From Bacteroidia bacterium (GTDB lineage Bacteria > Bacteroidota > Bacteroidia > NS11-12g > UBA955), in the NCBI GenBank assembly GCA_965659745.1, contig CBFHXF010000001.1:55764-119373 (forward strand): a stretch of 63,610 bases of DNA, written 5' to 3'. Numbering within the stretch: the stretch's first letter is position 1; every line of letters starts with the position of its first letter. The position numbers and the translations under genes were made by a program. The notes below the pieces were generated by a model. It had not been told where the DNA came from. It ran no database searches and saw only the letters and a list, made by a program, of their open reading frames with translations. Below are positions 10,311 through 18,562 of this stretch, piece by piece.

Positions 10311-10828
10311 ATTTGTCTTTTTGAAACGTCAATTCTCTCCTCCAAGGTCTCAACGAGTTTGTCTTTTCCGTAAATGAACTCATTACGTCCAAAATCAGCA
10401 TCCACTATGCGATCTGTTAAAAATATAGCTTCTTTGGGACAGGCTTCCTCACAAAGTCCACAGAAAATACATCGCAACATATTAATTTCATATGTTTTAG
10501 CATATTTTTCTTCTCTGTATAAATGCTCTTCCCCTTTTTCTCTTTCTGCGGCAACCATAGTAATGGCTTCTGCTGGACATGCCACGGCGCATAATCCGCA
10601 AGCGGTACAACGCTCTCTTCCTTGATCGTCGCGCTTTAAAACATGCTGACCTCTGTATATGTCCGATACAGGGCGTTTTTCTTCAGGATAGGAAACGGTA
10701 TTGTTCTTTTTGAAAAAATGCTTTAGGGTAATCCACATGCCACCGAAGATGGCAGGAAGGTAGATCTTCTCCCCAAAAGTCATATTTTTATTAACGACTT
10801 TTGAGGATCGTTGGGTAAGTGGTTTCAT
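10292..10828 (-). CDS. nuoI: NADH-quinone oxidoreductase subunit I (2x[4Fe-4S])
   Basis: 178 aa with two ferredoxin motifs, CTACGLCAVACP and CIFCGLCEEACP. Confidence 0.9.
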   Translation of the reverse strand: MKPLTQRSSKVVNKNMTFGEKIYLPAIFGGMWITLKHFFKKNNTVSYPEEKRPVSDIYRGQHVLKRDDQGRERCTACGLCAVACPAEAITMVAAEREKGEEHLYREEKYAKTYEINMLRCIFCGLCEEACPKEAIFLTDRIVDADFGRNEFIYGKDKLVETLEERIDVSKRQIWDYQE

Positions 10829-10882
10829 AATTCTCTAGCGTCAGTTCTACTTTAGGTTTGTGGGGATAGACGTTTTCAACGG

Positions 10883-10890
10883 CAAATATA
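10883..10890 (-). promoter_or_regulatory. Candidate Bacteroidota sigma-A -7 box (TATATTTG) upstream of nuoI
   Basis: The minus strand reads TATATTTG, an exact match to TAnnTTTG. It lies 54 nt upstream of the nuoI ATG, in the 72-nt spacer after the OmpA-like gene. Confidence 0.35.
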
Positions 10891-10900
10891 GATAAGAATA

Positions 10901-12124
10901 CTACTTCAAATGTTTAGGTTTGATTTTATATTTCTTGTCTAATGTCTTTTCTTTTTCATATTTACTCTTCAATTTGCAGATGTCATTTATTGGAATCATT
11001 TCTGAATAGGTTCCATCTGTGAACTTGAAAACGAAATATGGATTCTCTAAAGATTTGTATTTCAATTCGAAACCCTTTTTCGTTTTCATGGCAGGAATAA
11101 TAATCATAGGCGATTCTTGAACCGCATATAGCTCTTCGATCGTTCTGGTTTGATCTTTTACCACCGTAGTTTTGGTTTTGCTTTCAGGAGATCCCAATAA
11201 TATTAAACCTTCTGAGTCTTTAGATGTAGGACAGTTGGTTTTTACAGTGAACTTTACTGCATCCTTTTTTACTGTACGTTTACGAACATCCTTCACACGG
11301 TCTTTGGTTTTATCGGCATTGTTATTCTTTAGATTCTTAACCAAAACCTTAATTCTAGCGCGATTGTAAGCTTCGAAATCCATAGGGTCTAAGGTAATTT
11401 CTATAGGGCGTTTCAAACACGTATCTACACTAAAAGATATATCTAAAGCCGCCAACCACGTCATTCCCTGATCTCTTCTGTAAATTTTAGGAATATCTTC
11501 GTTAGTAATAATGCCCATTATATCCGCTGTTTTTTTGATTTTTACACCAAAAGTGCCATTTTTACTAGCAGCAGACAGCATTTTGAAATCGCATTTATTA
11601 ATCTTGAGTGAGGTAGATGGGTTTATTTGAATGGTTGTGTCTTGATCGCAAGGGTCTACTTTAGCCGCTACCGGCTTAGGAGCCTCAACGGGTTTCTCAA
11701 TAACCGTTACTTCTACCCTACGGTTTCGCGACGCTTTTTCTTTGTTCGTTTCGTTTACTCTAGGTTTTGATCGACCATAATAACGCATGATCATGAAACT
11801 ATCTGGAATACCTAAACTTGATAATGCATCATAAACCTCGTCAACGCGGTCTCTTGACAATTCCATATTATACTCATCATTTCCGGTACTGTCGGTATGG
11901 CCGGTTAATACCAATCTAAACTCAGGGATTTTCTTCAAGGTGCCAAAAAGTTCTTCAAGTTTGGCTTGTTCGGTTGGATCAATTTCAGATTTATTAACCT
12001 TGAAATAGATCTGAACGGCAGGTGTTAATTCACGAGGTTCATTAGGAACAGCCGGACTTTTACCTTGTCCAAAACTTGTGCCCATCATTAAGAGAGCACC
12101 CAATATCATTATTGTGTTTTTCAT
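10901..12124 (-). CDS. OmpA-domain protein: N-terminal peptidoglycan-binding OmpA-like domain plus a Lys-rich C-terminal domain of unknown function
   Basis: 407 aa with a signal peptide. LTGHTDSTGNDEYNMELSRDRVDEV ... NRRVEV is the OmpA/MotB C-like domain, here placed near the N-terminus. I do not recognise the remaining ~260 aa. Confidence 0.7.
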   Translation of the reverse strand: MKNTIMILGALLMMGTSFGQGKSPAVPNEPRELTPAVQIYFKVNKSEIDPTEQAKLEELFGTLKKIPEFRLVLTGHTDSTGNDEYNMELSRDRVDEVYDALSSLGIPDSFMIMRYYGRSKPRVNETNKEKASRNRRVEVTVIEKPVEAPKPVAAKVDPCDQDTTIQINPSTSLKINKCDFKMLSAASKNGTFGVKIKKTADIMGIITNEDIPKIYRRDQGMTWLAALDISFSVDTCLKRPIEITLDPMDFEAYNRARIKVLVKNLKNNNADKTKDRVKDVRKRTVKKDAVKFTVKTNCPTSKDSEGLILLGSPESKTKTTVVKDQTRTIEELYAVQESPMIIIPAMKTKKGFELKYKSLENPYFVFKFTDGTYSEMIPINDICKLKSKYEKEKTLDKKYKIKPKHLK

Positions 12125-12239
12125 TTAGTCGTCTTGAATGATGCGAAAATAAAGCAATTATTCACGCATACCAATGCTTTAATCGAATTATTTCCCCCCT
12201 TTTTACTGCCATAAGATTGTAAGCTACTAAACTGCGGCC

Positions 12240-12247
12240 TATATTTG
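12240..12247 (+). promoter_or_regulatory. Candidate -7 box (TATATTTG) for the downstream T9SS cargo gene
   Basis: Exact TAnnTTTG match 25 nt upstream of the ATG at 12272. The TTG at 12245 used by the ORF track lies inside this box. Confidence 0.4.
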
Positions 12248-12271
12248 TTTAAAATCAGTTGTTCTTTGTCT

Positions 12272-14272
12272 ATGAAAAAACACTACATCTTTTTATTTTT
12301 ATCATTGATTACCAGTACATTCAGCTGGGGCCAAGTCGCAAAAACTCAAGTCCTGTCATTACGTATCAAACCGGTTGCAACTGGTTTTGAATTAAGCTGG
12401 CCAGAAAATTCGGCACGAACCGGTACCTATCAGTTTTTTTACAGAGAGTTATATGGCTCCGACCCAACCTGGCTTTCAGTTGGTAATCCTATACAGGGTC
12501 CTGCATCCTCGTTTGTTTTTGATACTCAAAAAAACGTTGAATTTGCTGCCCAATATCTAAATCAAAACAACCAAGCTGAGGCTATTGGCTATATTGCAGC
12601 CGGAGTTTTGAATGAACCGATTCTAAAAGGTCGAACAATACTGGTCATTGACAGTTTAATATCCGTGGAAGCCCAATCACAACTGGCTACCTTGAAAAAA
12701 GATTTATTGGCTTCGGGGTGGTTTTTCGATGAATTAATTGTCAAAAGAACCGAAAATCCAGAGGCAATAAAAGGCAAAATTCAATCTTTGTTGGCCAAGG
12801 GTTCATTTGAAAACAATACCGTTTATATAATAGGACATGTACCAGTTCCTTACTCGGGATACTTTTCTTCAACAGGGACAAGACCACCACCGGATGGACA
12901 TGTGGAAGGATCTGGAAACCATACGGGTGCCTGGCCTGCAGACGTGTTTTATGCAGACTTTGAGGGCATTTGGGAAGATATATTAGTAAAATGCACTACC
13001 GGTAGTCAGTCCAGACATCACAATATTGGAGGTGATGGCAAATTTGATCCGTCAGAACTTCCGGGGAAAGCTTCCGTTGACTTAGGCAGAGTAGATTTTT
13101 ATGACATGCCGGCTTTTACAGAATCAGAGATAGAATTAACCAAAGAATATTTGGAGCGAACCCACAAATGGAAAATGGGCGAAATTCCTTATGTAAAAAG
13201 AGCCTTGATTGATAACAATTTTGGGAGTTTAAATTTGGCTTCGACGGGGTACCATAATTTCTCTTGTTTGATTCAAAAAGACAGTATTTTCGATAATCGA
13301 GACTATTTTAAATCTCAAGCATTGGGTAACTATTTATGGAGCTATGGATGCGGTGCAGGTTCTTACACGAGTTGTAACGGAATCGGCAATACCAATAATT
13401 TTGCTCAATATAAGAACAAAGATTCTTTTAATAATATATTCACCATTTTAGCCGGCAGTTATTTCGGCGATTGGGATTCAAAAAACAATCTTTTGAGGGC
13501 CTCTCTAGCGGCAGGTTCTCTAGCCACTTTTTGGGGCGGCATTCCCAAGTGGTATATACATCATATGGGATTGGGCAAACATATTGGTTATGGAGCTCGG
13601 ATAACGCAGAATAACAGCAATGAATATTTTAATGGAAATTTCAACGCTTCTTTTAGAGGGGTGCATATTGCATTAATAGGGGACCCTACATTAACGATGA
13701 TACCGGTTAAACCGGTTAAAAACGTAAAAGCGACTTCTCAAAATGGTAAAGTTACGCTTACATGGAGTCCTTCCCCCGACGCTACTCAATATGAAATATA
13801 TCGAATAGACACGGTAAATAGAACGTATATACCCGTTAATACTTCGGGCGACTGCCAGACGTTGATAGCAGATACCTTTTTCGTGGATGAATGCAACTGG
13901 AGCTCTGGAGATTACATATATGGAGTATTAGCTGCAACGGGTACGACTACCCCTTCGGGTATGTATGTCAATCGAAGCTTGTTGACCACTGCAGTTGTGA
14001 GTCACACGAATAATGTGGTAAAAAAGGCTTCCAACGAAATGATTTTTTATCCCAATCCAACGAATTCATACCTATATATAAGGAATAGCAACATCAAGAG
14101 TGGAATTTGGAAGGTTATCGATGTACGCGGTCGTTTGGTAAAGACTCTCACTTCTTCAAATTTATCGGAAGGCATTAATCTTGAAGGATTAGAAAATGGA
14201 TTGTATTTAGTGAGTATTAGCGATAATGCAGGATACCAAACGGATGAATCTTGGATAATAGTATCCCAATAG
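12272..14272 (+). CDS. T9SS-sorted secreted protein with FN3 domain(s) and an unassigned central domain
   Basis: Start moved to the ATG at 12272, giving the signal peptide MKKHYIFLFLSLITSTFSWGQ. There is an FN3-like segment (VKATSQNGKVTLTWSPSPDATQYEIYR). The C-terminal FYPNPTNSYLYI ... GLYLVSI region matches a type A Por secretion tail. Confidence 0.6.
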   Translation: MKKHYIFLFLSLITSTFSWGQVAKTQVLSLRIKPVATGFELSWPENSARTGTYQFFYRELYGSDPTWLSVGNPIQGPASSFVFDTQKNVEFAAQYLNQNNQAEAIGYIAAGVLNEPILKGRTILVIDSLISVEAQSQLATLKKDLLASGWFFDELIVKRTENPEAIKGKIQSLLAKGSFENNTVYIIGHVPVPYSGYFSSTGTRPPPDGHVEGSGNHTGAWPADVFYADFEGIWEDILVKCTTGSQSRHHNIGGDGKFDPSELPGKASVDLGRVDFYDMPAFTESEIELTKEYLERTHKWKMGEIPYVKRALIDNNFGSLNLASTGYHNFSCLIQKDSIFDNRDYFKSQALGNYLWSYGCGAGSYTSCNGIGNTNNFAQYKNKDSFNNIFTILAGSYFGDWDSKNNLLRASLAAGSLATFWGGIPKWYIHHMGLGKHIGYGARITQNNSNEYFNGNFNASFRGVHIALIGDPTLTMIPVKPVKNVKATSQNGKVTLTWSPSPDATQYEIYRIDTVNRTYIPVNTSGDCQTLIADTFFVDECNWSSGDYIYGVLAATGTTTPSGMYVNRSLLTTAVVSHTNNVVKKASNEMIFYPNPTNSYLYIRNSNIKSGIWKVIDVRGRLVKTLTSSNLSEGINLEGLENGLYLVSISDNAGYQTDESWIIVSQ

Positions 14273-14384
14273 TATCATATTTTATTTAATGTGAATTACT
14301 ATTTGGTGTTATTTACTAAAAATTCGGAAATGTCAGCAAAGTTTGATTATTTTCGCGCCCTAATTCGTTTATCGAAAATATATT

Positions 14385-16757
14385 ATGAATAACGATAGTA
14401 TTATGTATTTGGTTCCAGCCTTAGGCTTAGTGGGACTTGTAGTGATGGCATTGAAATCCTCTTGGGTTTCCAAACAAGATGCCGGTGATGAAAAAATGCA
14501 GAGCCTTGCGAATAAAATCGCAGCCGGTTCTATGGCATTCCTAAAAGCAGAGTGGAAAGTGCTTTCTTACTTCGCTATTATCGCAGCAGCTTTGCTGGCG
14601 TATAGCGGAACTATCCACGAAGTAAATGGAATTGAAATCCATTCGCATTGGATCATTTCAGTTGCCTTTTTAATCGGTGCATTTTTATCAGCGTTAGCCG
14701 GTTATTTCGGAATGAGAATTGCTACAAAAGCAAACGTTCGCACCACACAAGCGGCTAAAACCAGCTTGGCAAAAGCCCTTCAAGTAAGTTTCAACGGTGG
14801 TACTGTTATGGGACTTGGAGTAGCGGGTCTTGCGGTAATTGGTCTTGGTGGACTGTTTATTGTATTCTACGCTATGTTTGTGAAAGACGGCTTAGATCCA
14901 AACGGTTTAAAAAGAGCTATTGAAGTATTGACTGGTTTTTCTTTAGGAGCGGAATCTATCGCTTTGTTTGCCCGCGTAGGTGGTGGTATTTATACCAAGG
15001 CTGCCGATGTTGGTGCTGACTTAGTAGGTAAGGTTGAAGCTGGAATTCCAGAAGACGATCCACGTAACCCAGCTACTATTGCTGATAACGTGGGCGATAA
15101 CGTAGGTGACGTTGCGGGTATGGGTGCCGATTTATTCGGTTCCTATGTAGCTACTATACTTGCTACTATGGTATTAGGTTCGGAAATGAAAGTGGTGGAT
15201 AACTTCCAAGGACTTTCCCCTATCCTATTGCCGATGATTATCGCAGGTTTAGGTTTGATTTTTTCTATTGTTGGAACCTTATTCGTTAAAATAAAAGACG
15301 ATAACGGAAACGTTCAAAGTGCGTTGAATATGGGTAACTGGTCTAGTATCATTTTAACTGCCATTGCCTCATTCGTTGCTGTTAAGTGGTTGATTCCCTC
15401 AGATACAACTTTGGTTTTAAGAAATGTAGAGTTTACCTCTATGGATATTTTTTCTGCCATTATGGTTGGTTTGGTGGTAGGCGCAATCATGAGTTATGTA
15501 ACGGAATATTACACCGCTATGGGTAAAAAGCCTGTTATGTCGATTGTGAAAGCATCTGCAACAGGACATGCCACAAACATTATCAGTGGTTTGGCTATCG
15601 GAATGCAATCGACTGTAATTCCAATCTTAGTATTGGCCGCAGGTATTTTTGTTTCTTTTGAATTCGCTGGACTTTATGGTGTTGCAATTGCAGCTGCCGG
15701 TATGATGGCAACTACTGCCATGCAGTTGGCAATTGACGCGTTTGGACCTATCGCAGATAACGCGGGAGGTATTGCTGAAATGAGCGATTTGCCTGAAGAA
15801 GTGCGTGGAAGAACCGATATCTTGGATGCTGTAGGTAATACAACTGCTGCAACAGGTAAAGGTTTTGCAATTGCTTCTGCAGCACTTACTGCACTCGCAT
15901 TGTTCGCTGCGTTCGTTGGAGTTGCAGGAATTGATAGTATTGATATTTACAAAGCGAATGTTTTGGCAGGTTTATTTGTAGGTGCCATGATTCCGTTTAT
16001 ATTCTCGGCTTTGGCCATTAGTGCTGTTGGTCGTGCTGCAATGGAAATGGTTCAAGAAGTGCGCCGTCAATTCCGTGAAATCCCTGGAATCATGGAGTAC
16101 AAAGCGGAGCCAGAATATGAGAAATGTGTTGAGATTTCAACTAAAGCATCCATTCGTGAAATGGTTATGCCTGGTGCTATTGCTTTGCTTTCTCCTGTTA
16201 TTGTTGGATTCCTTTTTGGTCCAGAAGTATTAGGTGGTATGCTTGCCGGTATAACAGTGTCTGGTGTTTTGATGGGTATTTTCCAAAATAATGCTGGTGG
16301 TGCTTGGGATAATGCCAAGAAATCATTCGAAAAAGGCGTTGAAATTGATGGTGAAATCTATTACAAGAAATCTGAGCCTCATAAAGCGTCTGTAACGGGT
16401 GATACCGTTGGGGATCCATTTAAAGACACTTCTGGTCCTTCTATGAACATTCTTATTAAGTTAACCTCAATCGTTTCCTTAATCATTGCACCTTATATCG
16501 CAGTTGGTGGTAACAACACTGCCGCTGCCGAAAAAGACTGTTGCAATGATAAAACGGAAATGGTTGCTGGTGCGAAATGCGAACCGATGGATTGTTCTAC
16601 CATGACCAAAGAAGAGTGCATGGCTAAATGTGATGAGATGAAATGCAGCGAAGAAGAGCGCAAAGAATGTCTCGCTCAATATGATGAAAATGGAAAGTTT
16701 GTAGGAACTAAGAAAGCATGTTGTTCCGAAAAAGCAGAAACGGATTCTAAATTATAA
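14385..16757 (+). CDS. hppA: Membrane-bound ion-translocating pyrophosphatase (K+-dependent clade) with a Cys-rich C-terminal extension
   Basis: 790 aa. Shows the mPPase motifs [29 protein letters not shown] and [16 protein letters not shown]. The Ala in GNTTAA marks the K+-dependent type. The last ~85 aa (from 16500) are non-canonical. Confidence 0.9.
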   Translation: MNNDSIMYLVPALGLVGLVVMALKSSWVSKQDAGDEKMQSLANKIAAGSMAFLKAEWKVLSYFAIIAAALLAYSGTIHEVNGIEIHSHWIISVAFLIGAFLSALAGYFGMRIATKANVRTTQAAKTSLAKALQVSFNGGTVMGLGVAGLAVIGLGGLFIVFYAMFVKDGLDPNGLKRAIEVLTGFSLGAESIALFARVGGGIYTKAADVGADLVGKVEAGIPEDDPRNPATIADNVGDNVGDVAGMGADLFGSYVATILATMVLGSEMKVVDNFQGLSPILLPMIIAGLGLIFSIVGTLFVKIKDDNGNVQSALNMGNWSSIILTAIASFVAVKWLIPSDTTLVLRNVEFTSMDIFSAIMVGLVVGAIMSYVTEYYTAMGKKPVMSIVKASATGHATNIISGLAIGMQSTVIPILVLAAGIFVSFEFAGLYGVAIAAAGMMATTAMQLAIDAFGPIADNAGGIAEMSDLPEEVRGRTDILDAVGNTTAATGKGFAIASAALTALALFAAFVGVAGIDSIDIYKANVLAGLFVGAMIPFIFSALAISAVGRAAMEMVQEVRRQFREIPGIMEYKAEPEYEKCVEISTKASIREMVMPGAIALLSPVIVGFLFGPEVLGGMLAGITVSGVLMGIFQNNAGGAWDNAKKSFEKGVEIDGEIYYKKSEPHKASVTGDTVGDPFKDTSGPSMNILIKLTSIVSLIIAPYIAVGGNNTAAAEKDCCNDKTEMVAGAKCEPMDCSTMTKEECMAKCDEMKCSEEERKECLAQYDENGKFVGTKKACCSEKAETDSKL

Positions 16758-16783
16758 ATCCGCGAGCTTTAGTTTATATCCAG

Positions 16784-16816
16784 AGAGGCCGTCTTTTCAG
16801 ACGGCCTCTTTATTTT
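16784..16816 (+). terminator. Rho-independent terminator after hppA
   Basis: Perfect 10-bp GC-rich stem, agaggccgtc / gacggcctct, with a 6-nt loop, followed by ttatttt. Confidence 0.75.
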
Positions 16817-16931
16817 AAATATTAAGCAAATTGCAAACAATGCGATTCTCCAATATGGGAAATTGAACAATGTGATTGAAGGTTTGTTACTTTTATGGAC
16901 GTGCTCAAATTCGTTTTTCATTATAAAAATC

Positions 16932-17873
16932 ATGGCAAATAAATCAATCGAAAATACCACTTGTACCGTTTGTGGATCGGCTAGCACGCAATTGTTTCTA
17001 CAAACCAATGCCATGATGCATGCCCCAAATGCAGAATTGTATTCCTTTTATACCTGTAATAATTGCGAGTCGAAATTCTTGAGTAATCCAGTGAATGAAT
17101 CAGAACTATCTCAATATTATACGGAGAATTATTTACCCTATCGCGGGGCAGCTGCATGGGGTGTTTTTGCGAAATTTGTTGAATGGGATGACGAAAAGCT
17201 CAACAAAGCCAGGAAAAAAGCAGTCCTTCCCTATTTGCACAATACCTCTACAAATAGAATTTTAGATGTGGGTTGCGGTAAACCTGATTTCCTACTAGAA
17301 ATGAGTCAATTAGAAAATGTCGATGTTGTAGGGGTTGATTTTGTTGAAGCGGATTGGGAAAATCCGAAATATTCTAACCTAACCCTACAGGCGTGCGATT
17401 GGAAGAATGCTAATTTTGATAGTCAATTTGATCTCATTACCGCTTGGCATTATTTAGAGCACGATTATGATCTGAATGCCACAGAAAGTCGTTTTTATGA
17501 TTTGCTTAAAGTTGGTGGCCATGTCGTTATTGAGGTGCCAATGTTTGAAGGGTTTCTTCAGAAAATTCAAAAAACATTTTGGCAAGGATGGCACAGCCCG
17601 AGACACATTACGCTATTTAGTAAGAAAAGCTGGACAATCTTGTTTCCAACAGACAAATGGGAAATAGTAACCCATAAACAATATGGAACTCTCTCGGCAT
17701 TTACGCTTTGGTGGTTGGGATATCGACAAAAACGCAATACGAATTGGGCCGGTAGCATGGAACCGTATTTTTGGTCATTGGTATTTTTAAAAGTTATGCT
17801 TTTTCCTATATTTATGTTAGAAAAGATCATTCCATTCGGAGTTCAAACCGTTGTTTTTAAGAAAAGATCATAA
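16932..17873 (+). CDS. Class I SAM-dependent methyltransferase with an N-terminal 4-Cys zinc ribbon
   Basis: Start moved to the ATG at 16932 (MANKSIENTTCTVCGS...). Carries CTVCGS ... CNNCES, the SAM motif I ILDVGCGKPDF and an acidic VVGVDF loop. Confidence 0.65.
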   Translation: MANKSIENTTCTVCGSASTQLFLQTNAMMHAPNAELYSFYTCNNCESKFLSNPVNESELSQYYTENYLPYRGAAAWGVFAKFVEWDDEKLNKARKKAVLPYLHNTSTNRILDVGCGKPDFLLEMSQLENVDVVGVDFVEADWENPKYSNLTLQACDWKNANFDSQFDLITAWHYLEHDYDLNATESRFYDLLKVGGHVVIEVPMFEGFLQKIQKTFWQGWHSPRHITLFSKKSWTILFPTDKWEIVTHKQYGTLSAFTLWWLGYRQKRNTNWAGSMEPYFWSLVFLKVMLFPIFMLEKIIPFGVQTVVFKKRS

Positions 17874-18562
17874 TGAGTCATTCGATTACTACCCTGATAA
17901 TTTTCAAAACAAAAGGTTTGGGCAATCAGTTTTGGGCCTTCCAACAGGTACCCCTTGCGATTTTTAGATTAAAAAAAGTACCAGGATTGAACTTTGTAAA
18001 ATCTATGGGCTCTGGAGGCGGGAAAGGATTCGATTTTACTCCTAGTTTTTCCACCTATTGTTGGTTGCTGGTTTGGGAGAATAGAGAGTCTGCAGAAGCA
18101 TTCTTTCAAAATAATTCATATTATAAAAGCTATGTTGCTCGAAGCATCGAGACGAAATTGTTTTATTTAGAAAATGTTATGTCTCACGGATTGTGGTCAA
18201 AAGTAGATCCATTCGTTAAAACAACTGATTTTAAGACCGATTCTAGCGTTGTGGTTTTAACTCGAGCGCGCATAAAATTGAGCCGAATTGTACAATTTTG
18301 GACAAAAGTAGGCAGAACTGCAAACGAGCTTTATAAATTTGAAGATCTTCAATTTGCCATTGGCGTTGGAGAGCTTCCGTTTATACAACAAGCAACAATT
18401 AGTATCTGGAAAAATATAGAATCGGTTAAACAATACGCCTACAAAGACGAAACGCATAAGCGAGTCATTGCATTAACACGACAATACAATTGGTACAGTG
18501 AAGAATTATTTGCCCGTTTTGTTTTAGTCGATACTAAAACCATAACGAAATCAGTCTCTTAG
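17873..18562 (+). CDS. CrtA-like (spheroidene monooxygenase family) protein; function unknown
   Basis: 229 aa. The pattern LTRARI...FW ... IGVGELPFIQQATISIW ... WYSEELFARF resembles the CrtA family as I remember it. Its ATG overlaps the methyltransferase TAA (TAATG). Confidence 0.4.
   Translation: MSHSITTLIIFKTKGLGNQFWAFQQVPLAIFRLKKVPGLNFVKSMGSGGGKGFDFTPSFSTYCWLLVWENRESAEAFFQNNSYYKSYVARSIETKLFYLENVMSHGLWSKVDPFVKTTDFKTDSSVVVLTRARIKLSRIVQFWTKVGRTANELYKFEDLQFAIGVGELPFIQQATISIWKNIESVKQYAYKDETHKRVIALTRQYNWYSEELFARFVLVDTKTITKSVS

Noticed and set aside
16779-16790. TCCAGAGAGGCC matches the core CCAGAGAGG of the PyrR-binding RNA motif, and a pyrR gene is present in the window.
   Set aside because: The match sits in the 5' arm of the hppA terminator, 33 kb from the pyr genes, and is followed by a methyltransferase rather than a pyr gene. 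The conserved bases would be paired in the terminator stem rather than displayed in a loop. An exact 9-mer is also expected by chance about once in two windows of this size.
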